Of a stretch of 64,000 nt of DNA, positions 1 through 10,234 are shown one piece after another. The position numbers and the translations under genes were made by a program. Numbering within the stretch: position 1 is the first letter of the stretch; the number at the start of each line of letters is the position of its first letter. Source of the stretch: Promethearchaeota archaeon (GTDB taxonomy: Archaea > Asgardarchaeota > Hermodarchaeia > Hermodarchaeales > Hermodarchaeaceae); contig JBHLPR010000005.1 in NCBI GenBank assembly GCA_048939245.1, forward strand, positions 1-64,000, written 5' to 3'. The notes beneath the pieces are model-generated. The model was not told the origin of the DNA. It saw nothing but the letters and a program-made list of their open reading frames with translations, and searched no databases.

Positions 1-2981
1 TCCTCGAATCGTTCAACAGCTTTTTGATTAATCAGCCCAAGGTTTTCTCGTTCCTGTTGAAGGTTGGATAGCTCTCTGCGTAAAGTATGAGCTTGACCTG
101 AGTCTATAGGAAGCAATGGGGGATCCAATCCCTCCGTCTTCTCTTTTTGTGTACTATATCGTTCTTGCCACTGTTCAATTCGTCCTTCAATTTTGGAACG
201 CTTCAGTGTTTCTGCATTTACTTCTTCTAATAATTCATCGATTGTGAAACCTAATTGACGACTTTCATTTTCACTTGTTGTAATTTTAGTTTCAAGCGCC
301 TGAATTTGCTCAGTTAGATTGGCAACTTCTGCCTCCAATTTTTCTAACCCAGCTTGATTTTGCTCGATTTGTTCTCTGCTAGATGCTATTTCCTTTTCTT
401 TCTGCCTAAGCTCCTTCTCCGCATCTGAAATGTCTTGCTGTAAGCGATTAAGCTCTCCTTTGGAGTATCGAGCTTCACTGGTTTTTTCAGTGAGCTTGAG
501 CTGGGTTTCTTGAAGTTTGGATTCATATTCATCTAGCTGAGTCCGTAGCCCAGTAAGATTAGGATCTAGGCTGCTTCTCTCTAAGGTTGAAAGACTTTGT
601 TGTAACTCTTCGCGTTTGTTAATCAGCGTTTGAATTTCTAACTGGCCTTTTTCTAATTTTGTTTCTAATGTTTCCTTCGTTTCTTCTTCTTCTTTCAAAG
701 ACTCACGAAGTTTTGTTATACTTGCTTTGAAATCTACGAGCGCTTCTTCTTGAGCAGCTTGGGTATCATATGCTTTGTCGTATTCCATTTTTACTTTATC
801 AAGGAGCTTCTGATTTTCTCTTATTTCCTCATCGGCCTGTTCAATTTTATTCGTCCATTGTTGATACTCTGCCGCGATTTTTTTAAGAAGAGTACGAAGG
901 TCTTTGAGTTTTTTCTGTAACTCTGGAATTCTTGCCTCTTCCTCCAATGTTAACGAAGAAATCCCCTTGTAAAAACCACCTGTAAATGTACGATTAGGTT
1001 CAACAATGTCACCGTCGATAGTGATTTTTCTTACACCTGCAGCTTTGATGTTGCGAGCAAGTTTCAGATCTTTCACGATAAGTGTGCGACCAAACACATA
1101 TTCAAATGCCAGGCGAAATTGATCATCAAAAGTAAGTAAATCAAGTGCGTTTCCTACAACGCCTTTTTCTCCAGCTTTGTATGAATAAGGGTTGGTTTTG
1201 ATTGTATCAAGAGGAATAAACGTAGCACGCCCTATCCGGCTCTTTTTCAAATGTTCAATGCATTTTGTAGCGGTGTCTTCATTATCTACAACGATGAAAT
1301 CTAACCGCCCCCCACCCGCTACCTCAAGAGCTGTCGCATGCTTTGTAGAAGTTTTGCCTAAGCTTCCTAAAGTCCCATAAACACCCGAAAGTCTATTTTC
1401 CTTTGCATATTTCATGACAGCGTCGGTTGCAGCTTTTCGTGTCAAACCATATTTTTTGAATTCACGAATTGTTTTAAGCCGAGTTTGAGCCTCAAGAAGT
1501 TCTTCCTTTGATGTCTGGATTAATTCACTAAGTTCTTCTTGTTTGTTCTGTTTTTCTTGTTGTGTAATCAGAAGCTGACTCCTTTGCTCCTGAAGAGCAA
1601 CTATTCCTGTTTCAAGATTTTGAAGCTGCTGTTCAAGTTTTTGGCATTCTCCTTTATAATCGTCCCGTGCAGACTCCTGTTCGGGGAGAAGAGCATCACT
1701 GTCATCAATCTGGTTCTTAAAATCAGTAATCCGTTTCTCATTGACCTGAAGTAGCGCAGAAGTTTCACCAAGCTCACTTTTCTTTGTCTCTATCGTTTCT
1801 GTTAACGTAAGAATTTCTTCTCTTAATGACAAATATTCGGCGTCTGGAGAAGTGGTTTGCTTAGATAGTTTTGAAAGCTGTGCACGAATTGGTTCGATTT
1901 TCTCTCGATAAGCAGCTTCTTCAGTTTTGAGATTAGCTACTTCTGCTTCCAGTTGCTTATTACGTGCTTGTTCTTTCTTTTCCTTTGATTCGAGGTGTGC
2001 TAAGCTTGCAGTAAGTAATTCTGATTCTTGAGATATTTTTTCAGAAGCTAGGTGTAAACCTTTCAATAATTCACGGATGCGAGTCACTTCGATTTCCTTA
2101 TTATGTTGTGTCTGATCCAGCTTCTTGATTTTCACTTCATCTGTCTGTACACTTTGTTCAAGGGCAAGTTTCCGATTTTTTGCCTCTTGACGTTGAGTTT
2201 CAAGTTCTTCGATATTTGTAGAGTAATTGGAGAATTCTTCTTTCATTGCCTCAAGCCGTTCTTCGATTCTCGCGAGTTCAGCAAAAATCAAATCTCTTTC
2301 GAGTTGTTTAAGCTTGTCTGTGATTTCTCTCCATCGGAGGGCATCCTTCCTGTCTTTCTCCAATCGCGTATATTCTTGGCGAATTTCCTCGGTACGAAGC
2401 TGCACCATGTGTAGGTTTTGATCAACTTTTACTAATTCACTCTCAATCTGCTGTTTCTTCTCATCAAATACCGATATTCCCGCTACTCCCTCAACAACTT
2501 GGCGAATTTCGGTGGGTGTCATTGTGATGACATTAGCTAATTCATTTTGCATCACAATATTATGTCCTTCAGGATGTAACCCTGCGACCGCGATTGTATC
2601 TATCATTTCGGTACGTGTAACACGCTTGCCACCTATTCGATAGGCACTAATTCCTGTCTCATCGACTTCACGACTAATTGTAACCTCATCTGCATCAATT
2701 GGAAATTGTCTATCTTCATTATTGAATACAAGGCTGACGCGGCATAGCTTCGCAGGTGAATTCTTTGTGCCACCATTAAACAACAACGAAGCGAAATTCT
2801 CAGCACGGAGAGATTTACTACTTAACCGTCCTAGTACGAAACATACAGCATCCAAAATGTTACTTTTGCCACACCCATTTTCACCAACAATAGCGGTGAA
2901 TCTTCTACCTAGATCTATTGTGGTTTTTCGTGAACTGAAACTTTTGAACCCTTGAATTGCTATCTGTTGTAAGTAAGCCAC
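1..2981 (-). CDS. smc: Chromosome segregation protein SMC (3' end runs off the window)
   Basis: GTG at 2981 gives MAYLQQIAIQGFKSF...GENGCGKSN (Walker A), hinge motifs (GVYGTLGSLG, IGRATFIPL), long coiled coils and LGLINQKAVERFEE in the same frame at the window edge. Absent from the ORF track because the stop lies outside the window. Confidence 0.95.
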   Translation of the reverse strand, partial: MAYLQQIAIQGFKSFSSRKTTIDLGRRFTAIVGENGCGKSNILDAVCFVLGRLSSKSLRAENFASLLFNGGTKNSPAKLCRVSLVFNNEDRQFPIDADEVTISREVDETGISAYRIGGKRVTRTEMIDTIAVAGLHPEGHNIVMQNELANVITMTPTEIRQVVEGVAGISVFDEKKQQIESELVKVDQNLHMVQLRTEEIRQEYTRLEKDRKDALRWREITDKLKQLERDLIFAELARIEERLEAMKEEFSNYSTNIEELETQRQEAKNRKLALEQSVQTDEVKIKKLDQTQHNKEIEVTRIRELLKGLHLASEKISQESELLTASLAHLESKEKKEQARNKQLEAEVANLKTEEAAYREKIEPIRAQLSKLSKQTTSPDAEYLSLREEILTLTETIETKKSELGETSALLQVNEKRITDFKNQIDDSDALLPEQESARDDYKGECQKLEQQLQNLETGIVALQEQRSQLLITQQEKQNKQEELSELIQTSKEELLEAQTRLKTIREFKKYGLTRKAATDAVMKYAKENRLSGVYGTLGSLGKTSTKHATALEVAGGGRLDFIVVDNEDTATKCIEHLKKSRIGRATFIPLDTIKTNPYSYKAGEKGVVGNALDLLTFDDQFRLAFEYVFGRTLIVKDLKLARNIKAAGVRKITIDGDIVEPNRTFTGGFYKGISSLTLEEEARIPELQKKLKDLRTLLKKIAAEYQQWTNKIEQADEEIRENQKLLDKVKMEYDKAYDTQAAQEEALVDFKASITKLRESLKEEEETKETLETKLEKGQLEIQTLINKREELQQSLSTLERSSLDPNLTGLRTQLDEYESKLQETQLKLTEKTSEARYSKGELNRLQQDISDAEKELRQKEKEIASSREQIEQNQAGLEKLEAEVANLTEQIQALETKITTSENESRQLGFTIDELLEEVNAETLKRSKIEGRIEQWQERYSTQKEKTEGLDPPLLPIDSGQAHTLRRELSNLQQERENLGLINQKAVERFE

Positions 2982-3122
2982 GAGAAGAACGCCTACACTC
3001 TTCCTTTTATACTTTGGTCAGACGTGCAATGATTGAAAATACCTATACAAAAAGATCTCGAACTTCCTTTTGAAATTCTGAAAATAAGAACGTTGATTCA
3101 CGAAGGAGTAAAAGCTACTGTG

Positions 3123-3509
3123 CTAGCTTTTTCCAATTTTTTCGACAGCCGACCTTAAACTCCGAATAATTAAACCTAAACTGGGAGCCGCATCCTTACC
3201 GGCGATGGCGACGACCAGTGTTTTTGAAGCAGTAACAGCTACAGTATACCCCTTGTCTGTTTCAAGGTACATTGCTTGTACAGGACCTTGATCGACCGCC
3301 TTACTTACTGTCTTCGTTTCTTTCATCAGCCCTATGATACTTGAAGTGATTGCGTTATGGTCCATATCTCGTAGAGTCTGACCTGCGACTACCTTTCCCG
3401 TTTGGGAAGCCGCAATGAGCCCCTCAAGTTCGGGAATAGTATCCATTATTTCTGCAAGAATCTGTTCAACTTCTTTTTTTCCTAGCATTAAAGCCACACC
3501 CATCGCCAT
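3123..3509 (-). CDS. Roadblock/LC7 domain protein
   Basis: ~120 aa with roadblock pattern (IPELEGLIAASQTGKVV...LGLIIRSLRSAVEKI). Confidence 0.8.
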   Translation of the reverse strand: MAMGVALMLGKKEVEQILAEIMDTIPELEGLIAASQTGKVVAGQTLRDMDHNAITSSIIGLMKETKTVSKAVDQGPVQAMYLETDKGYTVAVTASKTLVVAIAGKDAAPSLGLIIRSLRSAVEKIGKS

Positions 3510-3676
3510 GGGAATCTGGCAATAGTGGTTGCAATAAAAAAGATTTCACTTCCTTGTTTAAAAACTGTCCGTCACAAATGGAGAAGCAATAGATTTTTTC
3601 AAAACTTCTCCATTAAGTCCGAACAAGAGGGAACTTTTATAACTTCAATAAGAGACCACTAGTCAGTGGCTAGAGA

Positions 3677-3976
3677 GTGTGGAGTACGATGATTGGCGGA
3701 AAAGCGTTAAAAGACTCACTCAAACGTCTTGGCGCTCATGAAGGTGTTCGTGGCGTCATAATAACCAACATGGAAGGCTTACCAATCAGCTCCAATTTAA
3801 ATGCCGAGAAAACTGAGGTTATCGCAGCACTTGTCACATCATTGGTAGGTAAAGCCAAACGTGTCGTCGATGAACTAGGAGAAGGCGGCATGAATTTCCT
3901 AACTATTTCAACCCCTCAAGGGGAAGTCATGGTCGCTCCAGAAGAAGACTATATTCTCATTGTCATGCGAGGATGA
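3677..3976 (+). CDS. Roadblock/LC7 protein (short, DYNLRB-like)
   Basis: [17 protein letters not shown]...[14 protein letters not shown] closely follows the dynein light chain roadblock pattern. Confidence 0.9.
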   Translation: MWSTMIGGKALKDSLKRLGAHEGVRGVIITNMEGLPISSNLNAEKTEVIAALVTSLVGKAKRVVDELGEGGMNFLTISTPQGEVMVAPEEDYILIVMRG

Positions 3977-4057
3977 GAAATTCAAGTTCTCCACACAAGA
4001 ATTAAAAGTCATCTCCCGAAGATAAAGCTCAGCTAGCCCCATGGAAAGGGATCAACC

Positions 4058-4528
4058 GTGTCCATAACCGTACGGCAATTTGATGAAATCCTCTCCGATG
4101 TCATCAAATCCGAACCAGGAATCAAGAAAACTATTCTCGTCGACAGAACAGGATTAACCATTGCTCATGTCTCCAAATTCTCATACTACCCAGTAGATGT
4201 AGATGGCATTGGCGCTATAGCCAGTGCTGTTTTTTGTGCTAGTGAAGAACAGGGGAAGAGTCTTGATGTAGGCGATTTAACAATCGTAACATCGGAGTTT
4301 GGTGATGGTAAGATCTTCGCCGCCGGCGCTGGTAAAGGTGTATTGTGTGTTATTACCGACAAGGAGGTAAATATCGGTATGATACGCCTGACAATGATGA
4401 AGGCAGCTGCTGAGCTCGCTAAAGTGCTAGACGAGTTTATGGCTGAGAAACCTGCTGTCGCGGCAGGAAAGACAGACGCTGAACGGGAAGAACTTAAGGC
4501 TGCATTGGGAGAACTTGAGAAGGGTTAG
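4058..4528 (+). CDS. Roadblock/LC7 (MglB-like) protein with C-terminal helical extension
   Basis: ILVDRTGLTIA...VNIGMIRLTMMKAAAELAKVL; directly upstream of an MglA-like GTPase. Confidence 0.85.
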   Translation: MSITVRQFDEILSDVIKSEPGIKKTILVDRTGLTIAHVSKFSYYPVDVDGIGAIASAVFCASEEQGKSLDVGDLTIVTSEFGDGKIFAAGAGKGVLCVITDKEVNIGMIRLTMMKAAAELAKVLDEFMAEKPAVAAGKTDAEREELKAALGELEKG

Positions 4529-4575
4529 TGGGGACGGGACAGGAGCAACGCGAACAGTGAAGGAGCCGTCCTACT

Positions 4576-5163
4576 TTGAAGAAAGACACACAGGGCAGAA
4601 TACATTTTAAAATCGTCTTCTGGGGACCCTCCTTGTCCGGTAAGACAACAGCGCTTCGTTGGATTTATGATAATGTAGAGGGATTAAATAAGGGCGGATT
4701 TACTTCAGTTGCAGACCACACCGGACGAACCCTCTTTTTTGATTATACACCTATGCAAGCTACGGCTCAGGTGGTATTTGATGTGTATACTGTTGCTGGT
4801 CAACGACGACACCGTGGTCAACGAAAAGTAATCCTAAGCGGCGTTGATGGCATTATCTTTGTAGCAGACTCTTCACCTGATCAAATGGAAGCAAATATTG
4901 AAAGTATGGCAGAGCTTCGTTCGTTTGTAAGCGAAGAACTTGGACACTCAATCAGTCTTGTTGTAATGTTGAATAAACAAGATTTACCCAACGCTATGCA
5001 AAAGAAGGTCATGCTAGCGAAATTGGGTTTGGGGAATGCACCAAATTTCACGACCTGTGCCCTTACAGGTGAAAATGTTAAACGTGCATTTCGTCAAGTG
5101 ACTCGCGATATCTTGATGTACCATTTGTACCCTAAGACTTCTGCAAAAGCATCTGCGAGTTAG
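4576..5163 (+). CDS. MglA-like small GTPase
   Basis: KIVFWGPSLSGKTT, GRTLFFD, TVAGQ, GVDGIIFVADS and NKQD are MglA-family motifs. Confidence 0.92.
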   Translation: MKKDTQGRIHFKIVFWGPSLSGKTTALRWIYDNVEGLNKGGFTSVADHTGRTLFFDYTPMQATAQVVFDVYTVAGQRRHRGQRKVILSGVDGIIFVADSSPDQMEANIESMAELRSFVSEELGHSISLVVMLNKQDLPNAMQKKVMLAKLGLGNAPNFTTCALTGENVKRAFRQVTRDILMYHLYPKTSAKASAS

Positions 5164-5170
5164 ACTAAAA

Positions 5171-5554
5171 TTGATGATACCAAGCTCCCCCGAAATTGAG
5201 AAAATTTTGGAGAGTCTAACAGAGGCAGTTGATGAAATTGAAGCGGCCGTTGTAGTAGGAGTTGACGGACTTCCTATTGCAGCTAAACTTCCAGAAGAGT
5301 ATGATGAAACATTATTAGCCGCAATGAGCGCAGCTTTACTTACTGTTGGAGAAAGGGCAGCATCAGATCTAGGGAAAGGCGCGCTTCACCAAGTTTTTGC
5401 TCAAGGCGGAAAAGGGGCTGTCATTATGGTTGCAGCTGGGTCAGACTCAGTCTTAATGGTAAGCACCAATACTTCATCCCTTGCAGGACTTGGACTAGTT
5501 TTTATTAATATGGAACGCGCTGCAGAAAAAATTGCTAAGAAATTAAACCGATAA
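5171..5554 (+). CDS. Roadblock/LC7 domain protein
   Basis: IEAAVVVGVDGLPIA...LAAMSAALL...LGLVFINMERAAEKI (COG2018 type). Confidence 0.92.
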   Translation: MMIPSSPEIEKILESLTEAVDEIEAAVVVGVDGLPIAAKLPEEYDETLLAAMSAALLTVGERAASDLGKGALHQVFAQGGKGAVIMVAAGSDSVLMVSTNTSSLAGLGLVFINMERAAEKIAKKLNR

Positions 5555-5599
5555 TTATTTAGAAACTCTTTAAAAAGAAAGGTTAAATATCTCGGACAG

Positions 5600-6391
5600 T
5601 TGGCTCTATCCGGAGACTTGTTAGTGACTAATCTTGTTGGACCCATCTATCATCTATATTCTTGGTATCTTTGGCGCCAAATCAAAGATAATCCGATGCC
5701 TACTCATGTGGGTATAATTCTCGATGGAAATCGACGATATGCCAAACTACAAAATCAAGAGAGTATTTTTGGACACACTGTGGGAGCCCAACGTATTGAT
5801 GAAGTCCTTGACTGGTGTTTTGAAGCAGGAGTAAAGGTTGTTACTATTTACGTCTTTTCTACGGAAAATTTTTCGAGAAAAGAAGAAGAAGTACAGCACA
5901 TCATGGAATTAGCTAAGCAAAGATTCGAAACCGTCGCTCGATCGGAAGTAGTTCACCGTCATAAAGTTAGGGTGCGGGCAATTGGTCAATTTTCTTTACT
6001 TCCCCAGTCAGTTCTTACTGCGATCCAAGAAGCAGAAGCAGCAACCAAGGACTATGATAACTTTCAATTAAACGTAGCAATCGGTTATGGTGGTCGTACA
6101 GAAATTGTTGATGCGGTTAGGGATATAGCGAAAAAGGTTCAAAATGGCGCCCTAGATCCATCCGAGATTTCTGATGCCACAATAGAGAAGCATCTCTATA
6201 CAGCAGGTATTGCTGATCCCGAGTTAATTATCCGAACTTCAGGAGAAGAAAGATTATCAGGATTTTTATTATGGCAATCAGCTTATTCAGAACTATATTT
6301 TGCTGACGTGTTTTGGCCTGAAATTAGGAAAATTGATTTCTGGCGTGCATTACGGACTTATCAACGTAGAGATAGAAGGTTTGGTAATTAG
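5600..6391 (+). CDS. uppS: Polyprenyl diphosphate synthase (cis-prenyltransferase)
   Basis: HVGIILDGNRRYA, FSTENFSR, IRTSGEERLSGFLLWQSAYSEL, RRFG. Confidence 0.97.
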   Translation: MALSGDLLVTNLVGPIYHLYSWYLWRQIKDNPMPTHVGIILDGNRRYAKLQNQESIFGHTVGAQRIDEVLDWCFEAGVKVVTIYVFSTENFSRKEEEVQHIMELAKQRFETVARSEVVHRHKVRVRAIGQFSLLPQSVLTAIQEAEAATKDYDNFQLNVAIGYGGRTEIVDAVRDIAKKVQNGALDPSEISDATIEKHLYTAGIADPELIIRTSGEERLSGFLLWQSAYSELYFADVFWPEIRKIDFWRALRTYQRRDRRFGN

Positions 6392-6402
6392 AGGAATGTA
6401 AA

Positions 6403-6822
6403 ATGCGACGGAAAAAAAAGAACGCTATCGCCTTATTGGTTGATAGCAGCATTTCTTCAGATCTTTCCCATATGCTAACCAGACTTAGACCACTTTTGGA
6501 AGAAATTGGAAACATAAAAGTTGGAAAAGTAGTTCTTTTTCAAGACCAGGCAGTTGATTGTTCTAAGGCTATTGCCCAAGAAGGCTTTATTCCAGTTATC
6601 GTCCACGATGATCTCGACATCCATGTTGCTCTTGAGGCTATGGAATTCATTTATAATGAGAAAATCGAAACGGTTGCTATTGCAACAGAAAATGAAAAAC
6701 TATTACCTCTTTTCAGTCGTGCAAGGGAGTTGGGAAAAGAGCTGATATTATTATGTACAAAAGATGAAGTAAATAGTGGGCTCCACAACTCTGCAGATGT
6801 AGTACTTTCAATCGCTAGTTGA
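6403..6822 (+). CDS. NYN/LabA (DUF88)-like domain protein, divergent
   Basis: IALLVD...DLDIHVALEAME...PLFSRARELGKE...LHNSAD pattern of the TIGR00288-like family. Confidence 0.7.
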   Translation: MRRKKKNAIALLVDSSISSDLSHMLTRLRPLLEEIGNIKVGKVVLFQDQAVDCSKAIAQEGFIPVIVHDDLDIHVALEAMEFIYNEKIETVAIATENEKLLPLFSRARELGKELILLCTKDEVNSGLHNSADVVLSIAS

Positions 6823-6828
6823 AATTAT

Positions 6829-7698
6829 CTATAATAGACCACGCTTCATAAGAAGAGAAAATTCTTCCATTGTCAAACGTTCTCCACGTTTGTGTTTCTC
6901 GAGTGCAACGGTTGCCTTCTCTTCGAGGCGTTCTTCGATTTCCTGGATTTTTTCTACTCGTCGTCTGACGCGAATTTCACCTAACTCTTTTCTTAGCCTG
7001 CTGTTTTCTTGTCTGGCTTCAATATAACGACGATGAGTTTCATCTGCTTCACGGCGGGTTTCGAGATATTGACGATGTGATTCATCCGCTCGTTTTCGGA
7101 GTGCATCAACCTCTTCATAGGCCTCAATCATATGTTGATTTTCTTCTTGAGACAGCCGGGCGAACTCGAGTACTGAGTTATGATGCGCATTCATTAATAG
7201 TCTTAAATCCTCAATTTCTGTTCGAGCCTTTGCACTTTCCTTTCGTTTTGCTGCAACTTCTTCAGCAAGTTTTAATTCAGCTTCAAGTTCTGCAATCTGT
7301 TCAATAATTTCCTTTTCACGTTTAAGATCTAGAACCTGTGTCTGTAGAGACCAATCAAGTTCACGTATCTTGCGTCTTAGAACATGAGATGGAGCGGAAG
7401 CCTTTTTGAGGATTTTCTCAGAATCATCTTCATCGACTTGTCGCTCATCTACCTTATCCTTAAGCTTCGTATAGATTTCGTCGCGTTTTAGTTTGAATTC
7501 CGCGACCTTCTGATTGTACTCATCGCGTTTTTCTCGATGTTCACGAGCCTTAGAGAGCCATTCTGCTACTTGTGCATTGAGTTTATCCCTTTCTTTAACT
7601 AGTTTTTGAGCTTCAGCATTAAGCTCATCTCGTTTCTCACGCAATGAAGTTGCCAGCCGGTTGATTTCGGCAAGCTGCAGAACCGCGTCCTCTGCCAC
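6829..7698 (-). CDS. Archaeal coiled-coil protein (COG1340-like)
   Basis: KRDELN/KRDEYN repeats, LQTQVLDLKREKEII, C-terminal KRGERLTMEEF. Confidence 0.8.
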   Translation of the reverse strand: MAEDAVLQLAEINRLATSLREKRDELNAEAQKLVKERDKLNAQVAEWLSKAREHREKRDEYNQKVAEFKLKRDEIYTKLKDKVDERQVDEDDSEKILKKASAPSHVLRRKIRELDWSLQTQVLDLKREKEIIEQIAELEAELKLAEEVAAKRKESAKARTEIEDLRLLMNAHHNSVLEFARLSQEENQHMIEAYEEVDALRKRADESHRQYLETRREADETHRRYIEARQENSRLRKELGEIRVRRRVEKIQEIEERLEEKATVALEKHKRGERLTMEEFSLLMKRGLL

Positions 7699-7826
7699 TA
7701 TACCACCTTATACAAGAAAACGTCTAATGCGATTTTTTGAAGTGACTTGGTGTATGGAAGAGGGATTTTTAAAACTAACGGAGCTTTACACCTTCTGAAG
7801 GAAACCTTCAATAGAAGATAGAGAAT

Positions 7827-8561
7827 CTATTGAGAATTCATTGCTTCCTCTAAAATTATTCGTGCGTCGACACATTTTGCACCTTTCGAGTAGGAAAATA
7901 CCGGATTCAAATCGAGTTGGTTAATAATCGAGTAGTCCATTACTAATTTCGAAACCTTCAGCAGAATTTCCTTCAGTGCCTTAAGGTCGCTTGGTTCTTG
8001 TCCACGGATTCCTGTGAGAATCGGATAGCCCTTGATTTCCTTAATCATCTCTCCTGCATCATATTTCGTAATTGGAGCCACCCGAAAGCTCACATCTTTT
8101 AGAACCTCCACAAAAATACCACCTAACCCAAACATGAGGGCGGGGCCAAACTGGGGATCCTTTATGGCACCGATGATGACTTCAATGCCTTTGGGAGCAA
8201 ACTCTTCTACAAATATACCTTTGATATGTGCCTTTTTCTTATGTTTCTTTACATTAACCATAATAGTCTGGTAACCCTTTCGAACTCCATCAGCGTCCTT
8301 TATGTTTATTAGCACTCCACCAACATCGCTTTTGTGAATAACATCAGGGCTTAAGATTTTGAGTACTACAGGATAACCAATTGTTTCTGCAGCGTTTACA
8401 GCTTCGTCTTCTGTTACTGCCACTTTAAATTGAGTAATTGGAAGTTTGTATTCCTGAAGTATGGTCTTGGATTCATTTTCCAAGAGATATGTCCGATTTT
8501 CCGACTGTGCTGTTGAGATAATATCATCGATTATTGACATGAAAGTCACCGGGTGATTCAT
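7827..8561 (-). CDS. acdB: Acetate/acyl-CoA ligase (ADP-forming), beta (ATP-grasp) subunit
   Basis: GYPVVLKILSPDVIHKSDVGGV, DPQFGPALMFGLGGIFVEVLKDVSFR, LDLNP. Confidence 0.93.
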   Translation of the reverse strand: MNHPVTFMSIIDDIISTAQSENRTYLLENESKTILQEYKLPITQFKVAVTEDEAVNAAETIGYPVVLKILSPDVIHKSDVGGVLINIKDADGVRKGYQTIMVNVKKHKKKAHIKGIFVEEFAPKGIEVIIGAIKDPQFGPALMFGLGGIFVEVLKDVSFRVAPITKYDAGEMIKEIKGYPILTGIRGQEPSDLKALKEILLKVSKLVMDYSIINQLDLNPVFSYSKGAKCVDARIILEEAMNSQ

Positions 8562-8603
8562 ACATCAAGACCTGCCAAATTAAAACCTTTTAGTAGAACA
8601 AGG

Positions 8604-9371
8604 TTATCGGAAGACTTCAAATCCCTCTCCACCGGTTAGGGCATTGGAGACATGAGAAAATAATAGATCAAGGTTGTCCATATTCACCGCTGATAAGGGC
8701 ACCACGTCAAGACCTGAAAAGATACGATGAATGGCATTAACTAATTCACTAGATAACTCGACTTGTAACTCATTATGTGATTCCCGAAGCGCGTAAATAA
8801 GTTGATCACTGTCATCTAGCCAATTTGTAACCTGCTCCATGTCATGCTCACTTAGAAGATCAGATCTTGATAAGATGTTCAGCTGAGGTAGATTAAATCG
8901 GACCATGACTGATGCAGAGAGTAGAAGTGATGATATCAGTCCGGTCGGAGTTTTTCCTAGTGCAGCATCAATTAAATAGATGAGCATTTTACTCTCTTCA
9001 GCGAGACTGGACACTATTATTGGTCCTGTTTCTCGAAAAGCAAATAACTCAATTTGGCCGGGTGTATCGAACAATAAAAAATCAACGCCGAGATCTTTAA
9101 TTTCTTCTTGAAGTGTTTCTATATGAGTGCTTATGAGGTCAATCGATGCGATTAGCCCGCCATTTGGACCGAGGTTATATTTTTCCATAATCCCTTGTAG
9201 AGAGACAAAATCACGAACATCGATATCTGGTCCATAAGGTAATTGAAGGACCCCAGGGTCTAAATTTACTGTTCCGACACTTAATTTCGCATCTCGCAAC
9301 CAACGAGCGAAACTATAGGTAAGAGTTGATTTTCCTGACCCAGCAGTACCAACAAAGTAGAGAGCGTGCAC
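8604..9371 (-). CDS. GPN-loop GTPase
   Basis: GTAGSGKST, NLDPG, LGPNGG, DTPGQIE. Confidence 0.95.
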   Translation of the reverse strand: MHALYFVGTAGSGKSTLTYSFARWLRDAKLSVGTVNLDPGVLQLPYGPDIDVRDFVSLQGIMEKYNLGPNGGLIASIDLISTHIETLQEEIKDLGVDFLLFDTPGQIELFAFRETGPIIVSSLAEESKMLIYLIDAALGKTPTGLISSLLLSASVMVRFNLPQLNILSRSDLLSEHDMEQVTNWLDDSDQLIYALRESHNELQVELSSELVNAIHRIFSGLDVVPLSAVNMDNLDLLFSHVSNALTGGEGFEVFR

Positions 9372-9379
9372 TTTTCAAA

Positions 9380-10234
9380 TTACACCTCTGGGTTAAAGTT
9401 CCTAAGTTTCCGAACAAGATCTTCAGTTTTCTTCAGAGGTGAAAGATATAATGGGATTTTTTCAACCTCAGCGATTTTACAAGCAACAGGATCCACTTTT
9501 TTTAGACCATGAAGAATGACAACTGAAGGGCGTACTGCGGGTCCTAATCCCATTTGCGATGTTCGAATAGCAACCATAGGAGACCGCCCAGTACTTACAT
9601 GTGTAAAGATAGCGGCACGGTTTGGAGTAGCACCATAAAGTTTGATCATTTGTTCAGGGGAAAGCTGTAGGATTGCGCGGAGACTATTGATTGTTGTATA
9701 CCCGAAGATTTCACGATCCGGAATTATATCCTTAACGATAATTTTACACTCAAGGTGATCGGTAAGTAATTTTGTTGGAATTGCTGAAGGAAACTCCCGA
9801 ATGTCTAAGAGAATATCAGATGGAATTTCCTGACCAAGCAAGCGAATGAAAGCTTTGACAATTTGACCCCCCCTATTTTCATCTATCAGTAGCAAGCTCT
9901 CAGCGAACTTCCGAATTGTTTCAACTCGAGGTGATTTTCTTCGCCCACTTTCGTAATCACTAATCACAGAAGGGGATATCTTGAGTTGATCAGCTAATTC
10001 ATGTTGAGCCACACTAAATTGTTCCCGCCATTTTCTCATAATTCGCCCAGGATTCTCAGCTAGGGCGATTTCGCCTGCAATACTTCGAAGTAAGTTTTCG
10101 CGTGCACCTTGTTCCATTGTATCCATAAAAACACCTCTCAACTTAAAGCATCTTTGATGGCTCCCACCGAGTATAAATATATGAAAGTATAAGACGCGGG
10201 GCGGTAGAGTTAGGTGATTATATGCAACAAACAT
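9380..10234 (-). CDS. XRE-HTH transcriptional regulator (COG1709-like); true start probably ATG near 10124
   Basis: IAGEIALAENPG, ISPSVISDYESGRRKSP, VSTGRSPMVAIR. Confidence 0.85.
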   Translation of the reverse strand: MFVAYNHLTLPPRVLYFHIFILGGSHQRCFKLRGVFMDTMEQGARENLLRSIAGEIALAENPGRIMRKWREQFSVAQHELADQLKISPSVISDYESGRRKSPRVETIRKFAESLLLIDENRGGQIVKAFIRLLGQEIPSDILLDIREFPSAIPTKLLTDHLECKIIVKDIIPDREIFGYTTINSLRAILQLSPEQMIKLYGATPNRAAIFTHVSTGRSPMVAIRTSQMGLGPAVRPSVVILHGLKKVDPVACKIAEVEKIPLYLSPLKKTEDLVRKLRNFNPEV

